Shown here: in pieces, positions 13,862 to 27,419 of the stretch
Numbering within the stretch: the first letter of the stretch is position 1
Layout of the letters: every line of letters begins with the position of its first letter
Assembly: GCA_013239625.1 (NCBI GenBank)
Contig: MU054187.1
Location: forward strand, 11,305,231 to 11,369,230
Source: Lama guanicoe
Lineage: Eukaryota
Length of the DNA stretch: 64,000 nucleotides
Reading direction: 5' to 3'
The notes under the pieces: generated by a model
Told to the model about the DNA's origin: nothing
Databases searched by the model: none
The model's input: only the letters and a program-made list of their open reading frames with translations
Position numbers and translations under genes: made by a program

Positions 13862-14235
13862 TTCTATGCACTGCATGTTTGTGTGCCCCAAGATGCATAC
13901 GATGAAGCCCTAACTCCAAATGTGATGTTATTTGGAGATGGGGACTTTGGGAGATAATTCGGTTTAAATAAAGCCTTGAGGTTGGAACCGTCCTGATGGA
14001 AATAGCGCCCTTATAAAAAGAGATAGCAGAGAGCATTCTTTCTCTCCCTCTTCCTCTTTCTGAAAACACAAAGAGAAGAAGCCTATCTTAGGAAGAGAGT
14101 TCTCATCAGCACTTGACCATGCTGGCACCCTGATCTCAAATTTTCAGCCCCTCAAAACTGTGAGAAAATATATTTCTGTTGTTTAAGCCATCCGGTGTAT
14201 GGTATCAGTCTATGGCAACCTGAGCAACTAAGACA
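13862..14235 (+). mobile_element. MLT1A-type MaLR solo LTR
   Basis: Starts TTCTATGCACTGCATGTTTGTGTGCCCC, contains GCTGGCACCCTGATCTC and TTTCTGTTGTTTAAGCCA, and ends AACTAAGACA; 5-bp flanks ACAGG/ACAAG form a near-TSD. Confidence 0.9.
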
Positions 14236-14334
14236 ACAAGTAGGCAGTGTGCTCTCAGCCTGGAAAGATCTGCCCATGACTCTTTACCAAATAACTTCCA
14301 TTTTCCCTTCAGAGTCCAGTTTAAAGGGGGAATG

Positions 14335-15275
14335 GGGACAGGTCTAGTATCCTGAATACATAAAGAACTCTTATAAATCAACAACATAAAATAAGACAAC
14401 CCAATTTAGAGATGAGCAAAGGACAGGAATAGACAGTTCTCCGAAAAAGATACATAATTTTTCAACAAATATATGGGAAGATGCTCAGTGTCATTAGTCA
14501 TCAAAGAAATGCAAATCAGAACCACAATGAGACATCACTTCATGCCTACTCGGTTGGCCGGAGTAAATAAATAAATACCAAGCTTTGGTGAGAATATAGA
14601 GAAACCGGGACCTCATACATTCCTGACAAGAGTATACAATGGTGCAGCAACTGCAGAAAACCAGTTTGCTGGTTCTTCAAAAAAATTAAACCTAGAATTA
14701 CCACACAACCCACTCACCAATCCCACTCTGACGAGAAATAAACTTATGTCCTTGCAAAAACTGGTACACAAACTTTCAGAGCAACATTAACCAGAAGGTG
14801 GAAAAATCCAAAAGTCCTCCAATTTATGGATGGATGGATAAATAAAATGTTTTAGATCCATACAATGCAATATTAGTTGGTCATAAAAAGTAATCTAGTC
14901 CTGATACATATGACAACATGGATGAACCTTGAAAACATTATGCTGAGTGAAATAAGCCAAGCATGGAAGACTGAGTATTGTATGATTCTATTCATATGAA
15001 ATATCCAGAGTAGGCAGATCCTTAGAGATCGAAGGTGGATTAGTGATTGCCAGGGGCTGGGGCCAGGGGTGAGGGGGATGGAGAGTGACTGCTTCGTGCT
15101 ATTTTGCTTCGTGGGTGTGTGGTGACCTTTGGGGATGGTAAAATAAGAATATTCCAGAACTAGTTAGTGATGATGGCAGCACACTATTCTGAATGTAGTT
15201 AATGCCACGAAATCGTATAATTTTAAATGGTTAAAATGAATTTTGTTATGGGTAGTGTACAAAAATAAACTTTTA
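14335..15275 (+). mobile_element. L1MB, end of ORF2 plus 3'UTR (degenerate)
   Basis: AAAGAACTCTTATAAATCAACAAC...GAAATGCAAATCAGAACCACAATGAGACATCACTTCA...ATGGATGAACCTTGAAAACATTATGCTGAGTGAAATAAGCC...AAATGGTTAAAATG...AATAAA. Confidence 0.9.
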
Positions 15276-18200
15276 AAGAAGAGATGGAGAAGCAAAGGAA
15301 CAGAAAAGAACCGAGGTGGAACACAAAAACAAAGAGAGGGAGACAGAGAGACCAAGATAAAAGAGGGTTCTTTTAAAAAATGACTTATTTTCTGTGAAAC
15401 CCAACCATTTTTTTTTTTACACTTAATATTTGATGCTATTGGTCATCGGATCTACCTAAAACTTTCCTGGATTCTCCCTTGCCAGAAAGAAAAGTGCTTC
15501 TTCCAAACATAGTCACTGGGCACTGACCTGCAGTTTACATCCTTACTTTTTCAGAAACTTCATCTTTCCACATGCCATCATCCAGTTTGTATTTTTAGTC
15601 CTCATTTCTCCGCTGAACTTCAGGATGGGTATTTCCAGCTCTCTCACCATCACCTCATACCGAACACATTCGTAATTCCTCCCTGAGAACATCTCCAGTC
15701 TCCGCTTTTCTCTTGCACCCTTTTGGTCAATCATCTGAATTTATAGAATCCAAAACCCAAGAGAAGTGAGTGAGTCATGACTCTGAAAGGTTACACAGTC
15801 TTCCTTCATTCAGTATTTTCCTTCATCCGGGATCTCCCGTTAGTCACTAAATTGTGTTGACCTTTCCTTCAAACGGTCTTTGTATCCACCTGCACCCTTC
15901 CATCCACACTGCCAACCCCCAGATTCGGGTTTCCTCCCTGGCAGGTCCCTGCAAAGCCATCATGCACGGTGGCCTAGGAAGCTCTCCTGAATCCACAGAA
16001 CGTTTGCACAGAAAGGTTTGGGGAGATCATCAAATCTGTTGCACGAAACAGAGAGAATGTGTGAGCCAGCGTGAAATTCTATATCCTGTCTCGGTCTGTG
16101 AGGAAGCAATATAGGATGAACGTCAGGATCCTCATGGCTCCCCAGAGGTTGTCAGCAGGGCTAGTCTCATGCTTGAAGGGACCAAACAGGGGTATATTCT
16201 CATGGAATCTCACCCCAGGGAGCTCAAGGACAACCCTGTGTAGGGTTTGAAGAACTCCACAATCCAGGTCTGTCTGTCTTCCTCCCACCACATGGGTCTG
16301 TGCCATCAAAACCAAGGAAATAGAGGATTGACCAAAAGTGAAGATTCCCAGGATTATTGCTGGGGTATTTCGGAGCCACACTTTGATAGTATGTGGCTGC
16401 CTAGAGGAGGATCCTGGAGGGCCACGGGGCAACAGAGGACTCTAAAGTGGAACTTGAGGCCTTCTAATGTTCTCATTTCATGGATGGGAGACCCACATCC
16501 CAAAAGTACACAGGAACCCATCCAGGATTGCTGAAACAAAGGGGAGCAGAGCCAAAATGGAACTAAGATGATCTGCCTCCTAAATCAGTGCTCGTTTCCC
16601 TTCCAGTACGTCTGACATCAGCCTCCCCTACACAGGACACTCCTCCTAACAGGGCAGCATTTGACATTATTCACAATGTCCTGCCTTCCAAAGCCCGGGG
16701 TGAGACAGCTGTGCAGGGGCTGCCACCCTTTTAGCCTTGGGATCCTCAGAGGGTCCCTGGAGGCGGGTATCATGGGTATTCGTTGCCATGAGTCCCGAGA
16801 AGCCCGAAAGTGTAAGCTCCATCCTGAGCCCACTGTCCTGGTGGAGGAGACAGCAATGCCCATGGATCATTACGTTAGCACCTCATTAAGCAGGACAACA
16901 GAGGTAGGAAAGAAGTGGGTGAGTAGTAAAAAGAAAGGCATGATTGTCTCTGTCTAGGAGGGGAGAAAATATTCTTAGAAGCGACACCTGAGCAGGACTT
17001 TCCAGGATAACTAGATAATGACAGGAAAGTGTGTATGTTCTGCATACTTGCCAGTGTTTTGATGTTGGCCCTCACTCCCAGCTCCTGGAGTCAGGCTTCC
17101 TGAGGAACAGTGCTTGCTACTCTGGGCACCTTCTCCTGTCCAGGAACATTGCTTCAGTCTGCACAAAAATATCCAATCCTTAGTCCTCGTCTGCTCTTTC
17201 CAGGAAAGTCTTCAAAATCGGGGCAGAGAGAAGAAAGTCTCTTATACTAATTAGGCAAAAGAACACACCTCTGTCCAGATTCTGCAGTGGTTTTCTGTTC
17301 TCCTGGCCTAAAACAATTTTTTTTAATTATTTTTTCTTTCAGTCATCATGCACTCCCAAATCCAATCCAAGCCTCAGTCTTACGACTGCATTCCCTCTGC
17401 CTAGCTCAGACCTCTGCACTGCCGTGATGCCTGACCTGTCGCCAATCTGCTTGAATTCCGAACCTTCTCCAATTAGTAGTACTTCAAACTCTGATTTCTC
17501 TCTCTCTTCCCCTCTCTCTGTCCCTTTTCCCTTTCTGTTTCTGCTTCATGACCCCACTATCCAAGCCTTCCTCCCCATCTTGACTCTTTCCACCTGTCCT
17601 TTTCCTCAACGGCATATGGCCTTGACCAGCACTGACCATTCACAGAGACCCAGATTCAGGCTTTTGATAGTATCTCCAAATTTGATTGCATTTACAGACC
17701 CATAACTACTCTAAAAGGATTTAAAAAAAGATGTTTGTCATTCGACTTAAATGCATGTCCCATGTTCTGCTGTATCCTAGGAATGACTATTTTTGATATA
17801 TCTTATAATCATGGTATGAATGGTACAATTATATTGCATTAAGTATTTGTGGGTTATGAGCGCAAAGTTTTATATGCAAATATATACCACAAGGATGTAT
17901 TAAGTTATAGCAGTCTCACTATTTTTTTTTAATATGCCAGAAACTTTCCCCCAACCTTATATTCTCCTAGACAATAGTATTACTAGCAAGGGGCTGCAGA
18001 ATTTGGTCCCAAAAGCCACTGCAGTGGATGAAAGAGGGTGAGGGTGAAAGAAGGAAGAATGGCAGAGTCCATTAATTTTCAAGGGTATATAGGAAGAAGC
18101 TGGGAGCTGCCTGGATGGTTACAAAATAAGCGTATTGCTAACGTTAACTTTAGATTAATTTACATTTTTAAACTTTCTATAAGTAACATATAGAAAACAC

Positions 18201-18930
18201 AGAGGGTCCAACTCACTTTGGATTCCTGGTGTCTGGAAACTTAAGAAAACATGTTCCTGATGATACGATGTTATAAATGTGGTCATCTTTGAGACAAGGG
18301 TCAGAAGCCTAATAGATGTGTAGTTGAACTAAATTATACTGCACGGAGGAATCTCACTCCCTAGATTAGTGAAAGGTCAGCACTAGGCACAGTTTTGAAA
18401 CAGGCAAGGATTTTATTTGATGTCTTCCCACCCCTCTTTCTGTCCTCCCGGCCATATCTCCTACGCAAACTCCAATATCCTCATCATGAGCTGGCAGATT
18501 TTTTCTCCGAAGAATAAAGGGCAGATGGTTTTTGTTTTTTAAACTACACCTATTAAACCAGATAAATCTCTATCAGAGGAATTTCAGATATGAGAGAGGT
18601 CAACAGGGCTACGAGTTTTCTGTGAGGATCAGTTCCCCTAAATTTCCACTTTATAATGCTCAGGTTACATGTAATTCCAAGGTTTTTGCAATGGTTCTCA
18701 GGGTTTAAAGGGTTCTCGGGGTTATGGAAGTTAGGAGATTTACAGGGCAGTGGAAGTTTGGGTGGGGGGAAGCATTGGGTCAATTTCAGACCCCCAGTGT
18801 TCCTATGTCAAAGATTGTGGAAGCCATCCTTTCAATCTTCCCTAGAAGACTGGGCTTCTGTGTTCAGTCTGATATGATATTGAGTTCATTTTAATGAGGT
18901 TCAAACAGCAGAGAGAGAGCCTTGATAAGC

Positions 18931-18966
18931 TCTTTCTTTCTTTCTCTTTCCTTCTTTCTTTCTTTC

Positions 18967-19025
<59 letters not shown>

Positions 19026-19028
19026 TTT
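18931..19028. repeat. (TTTC)n tetranucleotide microsatellite
   Basis: ~95 bp of TTTC with a few TTCC/TC interruptions. Confidence 0.95.
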
Positions 19029-19614
19029 CTGCCTTGCAACCACTGCAAACCATCAGGAAAGTATCCTTACAATGTGAACTTGGTTTCTAATACTTGTAAC
19101 TCTAATACTATGAGTATCAGAGAACAGTAGCATTTTAGGCAATAATAAAACACTTTAAGTTGTTCCTTTTAAAGACTTTGCTTTCCAGGGCAACAAAATA
19201 CACATGGTTTGATTGACACATCTGTTCTAAAACTTGATCAGAAGACAAAGATTAGGAACATTTCCCTCTGTTACTCTCCGTGGGTGTGACATGGGAAATG
19301 TTCTGCTAGTTGACGCCCTACAGGGACATTTGTCTAAAAACAAATTTCTCTTGAATTCAAGGCTTTCCATTTTTCTTTTAATTTTAAATTACCTCCTCAA
19401 AAAAAGTACCTTGAATTTATTCAGGAGACTCTTTCCAGAAAATATCTTATTAATGACTTTATCATCAAATGCTAAAATGTACCTTCCCAAACCCATTGAC
19501 ATACTTTGCAAATCAAGACCCAGATATATTTTTTCTAGGAAAAACTTATCTTCTTATTTAGTCAATAAAGAAGCTGGAGGTAAATGAAGTATTTTACTTA
19601 GGAGTTGGAAATGA

Positions 19615-19767
19615 TTGATTAAGTAGAGAGTGTGCTTAATATGCATGGGGTCCTGGATTCAATCCCCAGTAACTCCATTAAAAATAATAAACAAACAAAC
19701 AATCCTAATTACCTCCCCCCAAAACAAACAAAAACAAAACACCATTGAGCTAAGTTGAAAAAAAAAT
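19615..19767 (+). mobile_element. Vic-1-like SINE with a degenerate 5' end
   Basis: GAGAGTGTGCTTAATATGCATGGGGTCCTGGATTCAATCCCCAGTA ... CCTAATTACCTCCCCCC tail motif shared with the 45102 copy. Confidence 0.75.
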
Positions 19768-20061
19768 GGTATTTAATGACTTCCATGAGGATATTTAGCA
19801 TGTTTTTTAAAAAATCAAATTCATGTGGCTTCTAAGCCCTGCAAAGAATGTAGAGGCTTAGAAACTTGAAAGGCAACCAAGGATCTCAACAGGGAATGCA
19901 GGTACAAACAGGTGCACGTACCTGCCTTAATGTTTGTTAATATCACCGCAAATAGTACCTTCTGGGTCCTAAGTGCCCCATGTCCTTGGGTGGGGGAATG
20001 AGTCCAGCCCACTGAATGACAGAGATGGATCATTCATTGCAGGAAAACTCTTCTTTAGGGT

Positions 20062-20450
20062 TGTTAAAACAAACAAAATTCAGCTGAGTCCATTTTAAGG
20101 GTTTTTTTATTGACTCTGTTAAAAAATTCGTGAATCAGCCAGCATCCAATCTAGCAGATAAGAAGGCGCTCCAAGGAGCTGTACAAAATGAAAGACTTAT
20201 CAGCAGAAGGGAGTATAAAGAAGTTATACTTGACAGAAAAAAGAGGATTGGTTATTGCAAAGTCAGTTTCCTTTCGGGGATGGCAGGCGTTTGTCAAGCA
20301 GATCACCTCACTAGAGCTGATTGAGCAATTCCTGACTGACTGGTTTAAGATTCCATTCTGAGACAGCGGAAATGTAATTAAGTGTTGGTTTGGTGACGTG
20401 GGGCTTAGCATAAGGGACTCCATTTGGGGCCTGTTGTCTTGTTTTTAACA
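20062..20450 (-). mobile_element. ERV1-class solo LTR, 389 bp
   Basis: TG...CA ends with an 8-bp terminal inverted repeat (TGTTAAAA/TTTTAACA); perfect 4-bp TSD GGGT (20058-20061 and 20451-20454); minus-strand AATAAA near 20106. Confidence 0.85.
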
Positions 20451-20709
20451 GGGTTCACTTGCGTCTCTCATTTCAGAGCAAAAATGGGGAGTAATTTCTC
20501 CAAATTGCAAAAACCTCTCCTTCTAGAAGGTGCCCTTACACTTCATAAACACTCACATAAACATGAAGACAATTGGACTTGAAGACAATGGGGCTTTCGC
20601 AAAGTTGTAGACTCTTGAGGAATGACCCTACCACCTTAAAAGACTCATAAATAGAAATTAGACAGTCGAAACAAGAACAAATTCAGTAGGGACATAACCT
20701 CTGAAGAAA

Positions 20710-20925
20710 AGAGTTCAAATCCAGGATCTGCTTTTTACTGGATATTTGAGCTTGAGTCAAGCACTTTATGTTCCTAAACGTCGTTTCTCCTGTCTATAAA
20801 ACATAGATACCACTAGGATCTTCCTCATTGGAGTATGGTGATGGTTAACTGATTTAGCCTGGGGTTTATATATTAAAGAGCCTCACTGATAATGAGTGTC
20901 CCAAGACTATCAGCTATTATATGAT
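20710..20925 (+). mobile_element. MIR SINE (degenerate)
   Basis: GAGTTCAAATCCAGGATCTGC...TTTCTCCTGTCTATAAAA...CAGCTATTAT follows the MIR core layout. Confidence 0.55.
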
Positions 20926-23900
20926 GATAAGGATGAGGAGGAGGATAAAAATGTGGAACCAGAAACAATTGTTTTAATGGGATAGGTCAGTGGGAAAAAG
21001 GCAAGACTAAAGAGCATTATCTTTAAATGAAAAACTAGGTCAGTACTGGCAAGGCTTACATTAGCAGGAGAAAATTAAATACATTTTAAAAATAAAATAC
21101 TCCCCCAAAAAAATCCTTTCAGAGGATATATCTTTTTAAAATTAAGTATGTTTGTTTTTAAAATAAATGAGAATCATGGTAATGAACCTCTGAAAGTGTA
21201 CTGTTTGATAGCTTTTGGCTTTAGTATTGTAATTGATGACATTAGAGGCAATTAAGCCATTAATTAGAAATCTTTACTGATGCAAAGCAGAGAAGAAATA
21301 AACCACTTCAACTTCAGCTTCTGACATATTTACATTTGAAATCAAAGCTCTTGTTAAATTAAACCAGAAAGAGCTATTTAGCATAAGAAAGAGTTAACAT
21401 TGGTTTGGGGATGTTTTTAAAAAAAGCGGTTTGTTGGAAAATACTTGATAAGTCTGCCTTTAAAATCAACTGCAAAAATACTGGGAGCACTCTTTTGACA
21501 GTCTTCCTAGGAAACTTAGCTGACACGAAAGAAATCATGGTTGTCAAAATAATAAGCAAACTACATTTAAAAATAGGGAGAGAAGAAGAAACAAAGTTTC
21601 TTATTTTCTATGCTTGTGTTTTTTGCACATCCTCATGTGTGATGACTAAGAAAGACCAACAAAAGGATAGGCTAATAATGTCCATTTGTTGAATATCTTT
21701 TTAGAAGAATCTAACAAAATCCAAGCTTTTATTTAGCTCACAGAAATTCCATTAACTTCTCGAATAAGGAATGGAAGATGGCTGCTCACTTAACCAACTC
21801 GATATTCTATGGAAATGAAAATTTTTTCAAATTAACATCTACAAGCTTTGGTTTCTTGGTAAAGACTGTAACAGTAACCAGTGTGAGTGTGCAACTGTTT
21901 TCCATCAATTACTCAGAAACTTTTACACAAGTACCTACTTTCCAGTAGTGTTAAGTGAGCATTAGAATAACCGTATAACCTGCTGGGAAACGGAAAAGGA
22001 AAGTTTGTCAGGCGACTATATTCTGCTTTTGAATAGCTATGTATTCAGTAGGAAGTAAGGACCTTCAAGCTAACTACTTAATCTCCCTAGACAAGCTTTG
22101 CTATAAGATTGTCCAAGAAGCAGCGTTTGCAAATTCTACCAAGACAAGCAACTCACGAGCACTAGAAATTTTTATTGAAAATCTGTTTCATAAATGCATT
22201 GTGCTAAATTCTAAACAGAAGGGATATAAAGATAAGACTTTCTAATATTTTGCTCCCTAAGACTTTGTGATGTTAAAATTGATTGTCCTGTGGGCCTAAG
22301 AGAAGGAAACACTCCCCCTTTTTTCCTTTTTTTAATTTGTTTATCTTATGGAATTATTTTTGCCCTATGTACTCATTTTTCTATGGTATCCTGTTGTGGT
22401 GTTCAGTGATTACTGTTTGGCCACTCAATTTTTCATGTCTTCAACTTGTCTAAGGCTCAGTTTTGTATTTTAAATTTTTCAAATAAATGTCAGAAAAGCC
22501 ATGAACTTGATTTTTTAAAACATGATCCTGGTTGGTACATAGGACAGTATACCTTGGTTAATTTCCTACACATTAAGCAAATACCTGGGACAAATTCCTG
22601 CCCTATATCCAGTTCTTATGGTCCTACAAGGAAAAATTTCAGTTCAGGGCCTGACATCCATTTCTTCTTAAATCAATACAGCATTAACCTTATTGAGATA
22701 GCCCCAAACCTCTAATCCAGTATATCGAAAAAAAAAAAAAAACATGAAAGTAAGGAAGGTTGATAATGTGTCCCCTGGGATCTATCCCACTTTTTTACAA
22801 TAAAGCATGACCACAAGGAAAATCATTTTATCCAATAATTATTAAGTAAAGCTCTGTGGCATTCATGATTATACCTACTACCAAATCTCATGGCGTTAAG
22901 AGCTCTGGGGGCTTAAAGAAGAAATACTGCAGGACCAAAGGTATTTTGTGCATCTGAAGTCCCAGTAATTTCTCAAATTATGTGACATCAATAAACACAC
23001 TTACTCCAGTTTAAGAGGATCTTTGCAGTTACAGATTTTGTTTCTAACAAAAGTGCATGTGGCTACTGAGAGCAAAAGATGTGAGCTAATAGATTGAATC
23101 TTAAGATTTATTCCCCGTTCCACCAGTGACTTCCAATATGCTCTCTTGGCCTCACTTTTCTCATCTCTAAAATAAGGGGATTCAATTTTATCTATAATTT
23201 CTTCCAAAAGCAAAATTCTCCTCTATTCTCCGGAGGTGAGTGACGCCCATCCCCGCATCCTGTTTTCTACCTTCATTCACACTATTTACCTTAAGTGGGG
23301 AAGTATGTAATACAAATGGAAGACAATCATGTGAGTCTTTAGGTCTGGGACACATCCCATCTCAAATAGCCCAACCCCACCTCCAGGTAGATCCAATAAG
23401 ACCTTAAGTTCTTATCACCAAAAATTTTCTCTTACTTGATATCTAGACTTTCTGATATGTCTCATGAATTGAACTGTCTGCTCCAATGAGGACTAACACT
23501 CAATGTCTCAAACACTGATTTCCACAAATACGGATTTCACATAGGTTTTAAAATTTTTTACTATCCTATTTGCGGTATTTTACTGACTCCAGTGTCTTTT
23601 ATTAAATTATCCCACTTGTGGGTCACTGTTTTGTCCTGAGTAGTTTAGTACCCCACCTCATTCTCCCCAAATTATTCATAGCACAGCAACTCGCTCCTTT
23701 TCAGCACACTAAGGCTTGTACTTCCTGGAGGGACCGTAACTTCAGTGATAAAACCATCCGTCTGATATGAAAGTCACCATTGGATCCAATGTCACCTCCC
23801 AAATAGCTATGCCGTCATTGGAAACACGAGCAAGCTTGATGCTTCTTGTGTACCGTGTGACTTCATTTAACAAGCAGTAATTTCCCCTCTCTTTCTGAGA

Positions 23901-25346
23901 ATGATTTGGTTCAATGAGAATAAAGGCAGTAAACTTTAGTTGCAGGAGAATAAATGAATGTCTGAAGCTGTGTAGCTCTGAGTAATTTAGGCATACAGGA
24001 TGTTCCAAATTACCAGATTTATTGTGTGTGTACAGAAGACACTTTATATGATATGGCTAGCAATGGACTAATTATTATACATGGAATTTTAGAACACATT
24101 TGCCGTTTGTTTTCAAGGAAGAAAACCTAAAGGGATGTTACCTTGAAAGAAAAGAATTCCTCTGCATAAGGAGTTTCACAGACTCCATAACTGATCACAT
24201 AAGACACTGGTGATGAGAACTTTTTTCTTTTCTAATACGTAGATTAAGGCGACCTCAGTACCAACCTCTGAAACTACCTTAAGAACAAAACGTTTCAGCA
24301 GAATTGGGGGAATCTTAAGCCTCGTTATGTCAAAACAGGTGTTGGAAAAGTGGTGGCCCCCGAGGTAACATGAAGAGGAGAAATCTAATGCTACAATTTT
24401 GACTTACTCTTAGCAAGATTAAACCCAGCCATAATGAAAGAATTGGCTTCTAAGCTGTCAGCATCGTCTCTGTTCTTATAGGAAAGTAGAAGTAAAGTAA
24501 AAAAGAAATAAAGTCAGCACAAATTATGAGCACCCTTGTCTTGGTAAGTTCTCACAATTTCAAGCCTTTGCTGAAGGTCCTCCCCGACTCTACGTGGAAT
24601 TCTTCTGTAGTCACGCCAGCTTCCGGGGGCCTCCAACAGCATCACCCTGCCGCAGTCCCGTGGCTCAGGACAGCCTGTGGCAGCCAAGATGCTGCAGGTC
24701 CAGGTTACCTCCCTCCCCACCAAGCGTCTGGAGCGGCAGTCTCATTCACCCTCACTGATCATTTGTTTACTGAGCTCAAGTTGGGATCCTTGGCCAACTG
24801 GCTGCACAAGGGGGAAAGAACCATGGTGTCTTAAGTGCATTAAATCTTCATACAAGCCCCCTGGCTTGGTAAACCTTTACTCTGCCTTTGTCCTCCTTTT
24901 TTCAGGCATGACAAACAAGTGGTTTTTCTCCTTCACTTTAATGATTCTTTAGACAAAAAGGAGTCTTTTAGGGCTTTCTCCGAGGCTGATAGGTGTTCCT
25001 GTTTAATGAGGTTTTTATTATACTGCATTGGCTTCCCTGAAAAGAAATGACAAGCAGCAAACAGCTGATAATAGAACAAGCCTGGAAGAAACAATAACCA
25101 AGAGGGGGAAAAATTAGTGTGGCAGCAGATACACGCGCTGTAGCTCAAGGATTAAATGCCACTTCCATTCTCCCTCGGCCACCATTGTACCAGTAATAAT
25201 GTAGACGTGGGCACTTATGTGCGGGTTATGTGCGTGCAAAAGATATAGATCCAGCTGAACTGCCATCTGCGGAGGAAGAAGGGTGCTGAGCTCAGTCTAG
25301 ACAAAGATGAGTGAAGCTCTGAGTGCGGGTTTACAAGGGCTGGTCG

Positions 25347-25360
25347 GTTACCATGGCAAC
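25347..25360. promoter_or_regulatory. RFX X-box motif GTTACCATGGCAAC, adjacent to CTAATTGG (inverted CCAAT / homeodomain core)
   Basis: Exact match to the palindromic RFX consensus GTTNCCATGGNAAC, in apparently non-repetitive DNA ~2.6 kb upstream of exon 1a. Confidence 0.6.
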
Positions 25361-26841
25361 TAATTGGAGCTAATAAGTAAAGGGACATTTTAACTGTGGG
25401 AACAGAATAGGAGGGGCGATTTTTCAATATCACCGTTACCTACAATTCATCTTTCATTTTAGGAGTGCTCCTACTTAATTCCTGCGGTGAAGCTGTACCC
25501 TTGGCACGCAACCTCGCCCTGATCAATGTTATATTCAAGTGCTGAATATCATCTTTTAGAACGTGTCATGTTTTAAGTTTGGATCTTTCAAGACAGAATC
25601 AATTTCATTTTTTTTTCCTTAAAAAATAAACTGTTTGCAGATGGCAAGGCGAAAGGAAGGGAGGTAATGGAAAATTCTTAACTTCTAAACTGACACACTG
25701 CTGAGCAGGGAAGCTGGTTACAGAGAGACGGGGAGCTGGGATCTTGTCCTGTAGCACCAGCTTCAGGTCTTTGTTTGAGTTGATTTTCCCTAACAAAAGC
25801 ATTTCAGAACATCAACCAAAAACTGCATACTTGTGGACTCATTTTGCACAACTTTTGAAAGGTAATGTTTACAGACTCTGCACAGAGCGAAAACTAAGTT
25901 CACAGCAAACGGGCAGAATCTGTGGCTCCACTTGAATTTTTTATTTTAAAGCAAGTTTTAAGGAGTATAAATAACTGAAGTTATCAATAAAAGAGAAGTA
26001 GGGGCTGAGATTTAATGAAAAGACTTACAATTGGGAATAGAAGAAAAATGTTTGTGCTAAAAAGCACTGTCAACAGTAAGTGTGGGTCAGAGCCAGGACC
26101 ACTTGGGAAATGTCTCGCAGAAGGTGTGTTACAAGCACAGGGTTGATAAAACGTGATTCAACACCTTTACAGTTTCGTAGGTTTTACTTTTGAAACTCAA
26201 TTTACAGTTTAAGAGGAGGCAAACCACCTTAATAACGTCTCCAGGGTCTTCCACATCTATGCAGCTGAGGTAATTCAGATTTCCAGACGTGAGTCTGGTT
26301 GGATTAACCAAAAGAAAAAAAAATTTTTTTTTAATGAAAAAAATTGCCCTGCAATAATTGGCACTATTAAGAATTTTATGGTGCCCAAGGGAAGTTTCAG
26401 CCCCGTGGGGCTACTTGCCATTGTTGAATGTTTCAGGGTTGATTATGTATCTGGATTTAGCTGGTTAAGAGCAGTGGTTTAGTGTATCTACTATATATTG
26501 TGAAACGGACACCTCATAATCACTTCTGGGAAGAAATTGAGCAAATGAATCAGGAGTTCAACTTTTAATACTGTTCTTTTTCCCTTTCTTCTCTGCAGCC
26601 CAGTTGTAGGAAAAACTCACTGTGAAAATAATAGTTCTCTAATCCTGTGCTTCAGAAGATTGTACCAGGAGTAATTTTTAACTATCTTAATATACGATCA
26701 CACAGAAATTCCTGAAAAATAAAAAGAAGTTAGTCAAGTAGTTTTGCTAGATATTAAAATAATTCTTTGTAATACAGGCATTCCTAGTATTAGATACCTA
26801 TTTACAGTCTAAATTTTCATGCTTTCGGCAGATTTAAAGGA

Positions 26842-26843
<2 letters not shown>

Positions 26844-26883
<40 letters not shown>
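26844..26883. repeat. (TG)20 microsatellite
   Basis: Perfect dinucleotide run, counted directly. Confidence 0.95.
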
Positions 26884-26887
<4 letters not shown>

Positions 26888-27419
26888 GCCCCCGTGATCT
26901 CCCTCCCAGTTCAAAGAAATTCAAAAAGTGCAATATTTAAAATGTTGGTTTCCCACAGACACTGTCAGGGAGTTGATAAGATTTCAAATTCTTATCTTCT
27001 ATTTCAGGTTATCAAAATTTCTTAGAAGTCTAATGGAATTTTTTAAATGGTGATATTTGTAGCAATTAATTTATTTCCAGATCTCTTTTTTAAAGTATTG
27101 TAACAAGTATAGCCATTTTCTGGGTTCAAACTGCTATCCAAATAATTAGTTCTATAAAACAGTTCAGAGAACTCAAAAAAAAAGAAATGCACACAAGAAG
27201 GAGGTATTGAAATGGCCCAAAATTGAAAACATTTCAAAGCAAAATTGTTAATGAGCTGTTTGAGCTATATGGACATTATAAGTGCAATTAACTAGAAGCC
27301 AATAAAAATAATCAATGACAGAGTGCAGCCCTCTGGTACCCAGTGCTTTTTACAAAGAGATGTCTGTGAAAGCTGCGAGTGATTAAAAAAGCCACCTTTA
27401 TCTATGAGAACGCGTGCTA

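Noticed and set aside
18842..19130. Lys/Glu/Arg-rich and Phe/Leu/Ser-rich ORFs (also the poly-Phe ORF at 11804 and the CV-repeat ORF at 26819)
   Set aside because: These are translations of microsatellites or homopolymers
26570..26598. Strong polypyrimidine tract plus CAG acceptor upstream of exon 1a
   Set aside because: No matching donor or upstream exon identified; isolated splice-like motifs are common by chance
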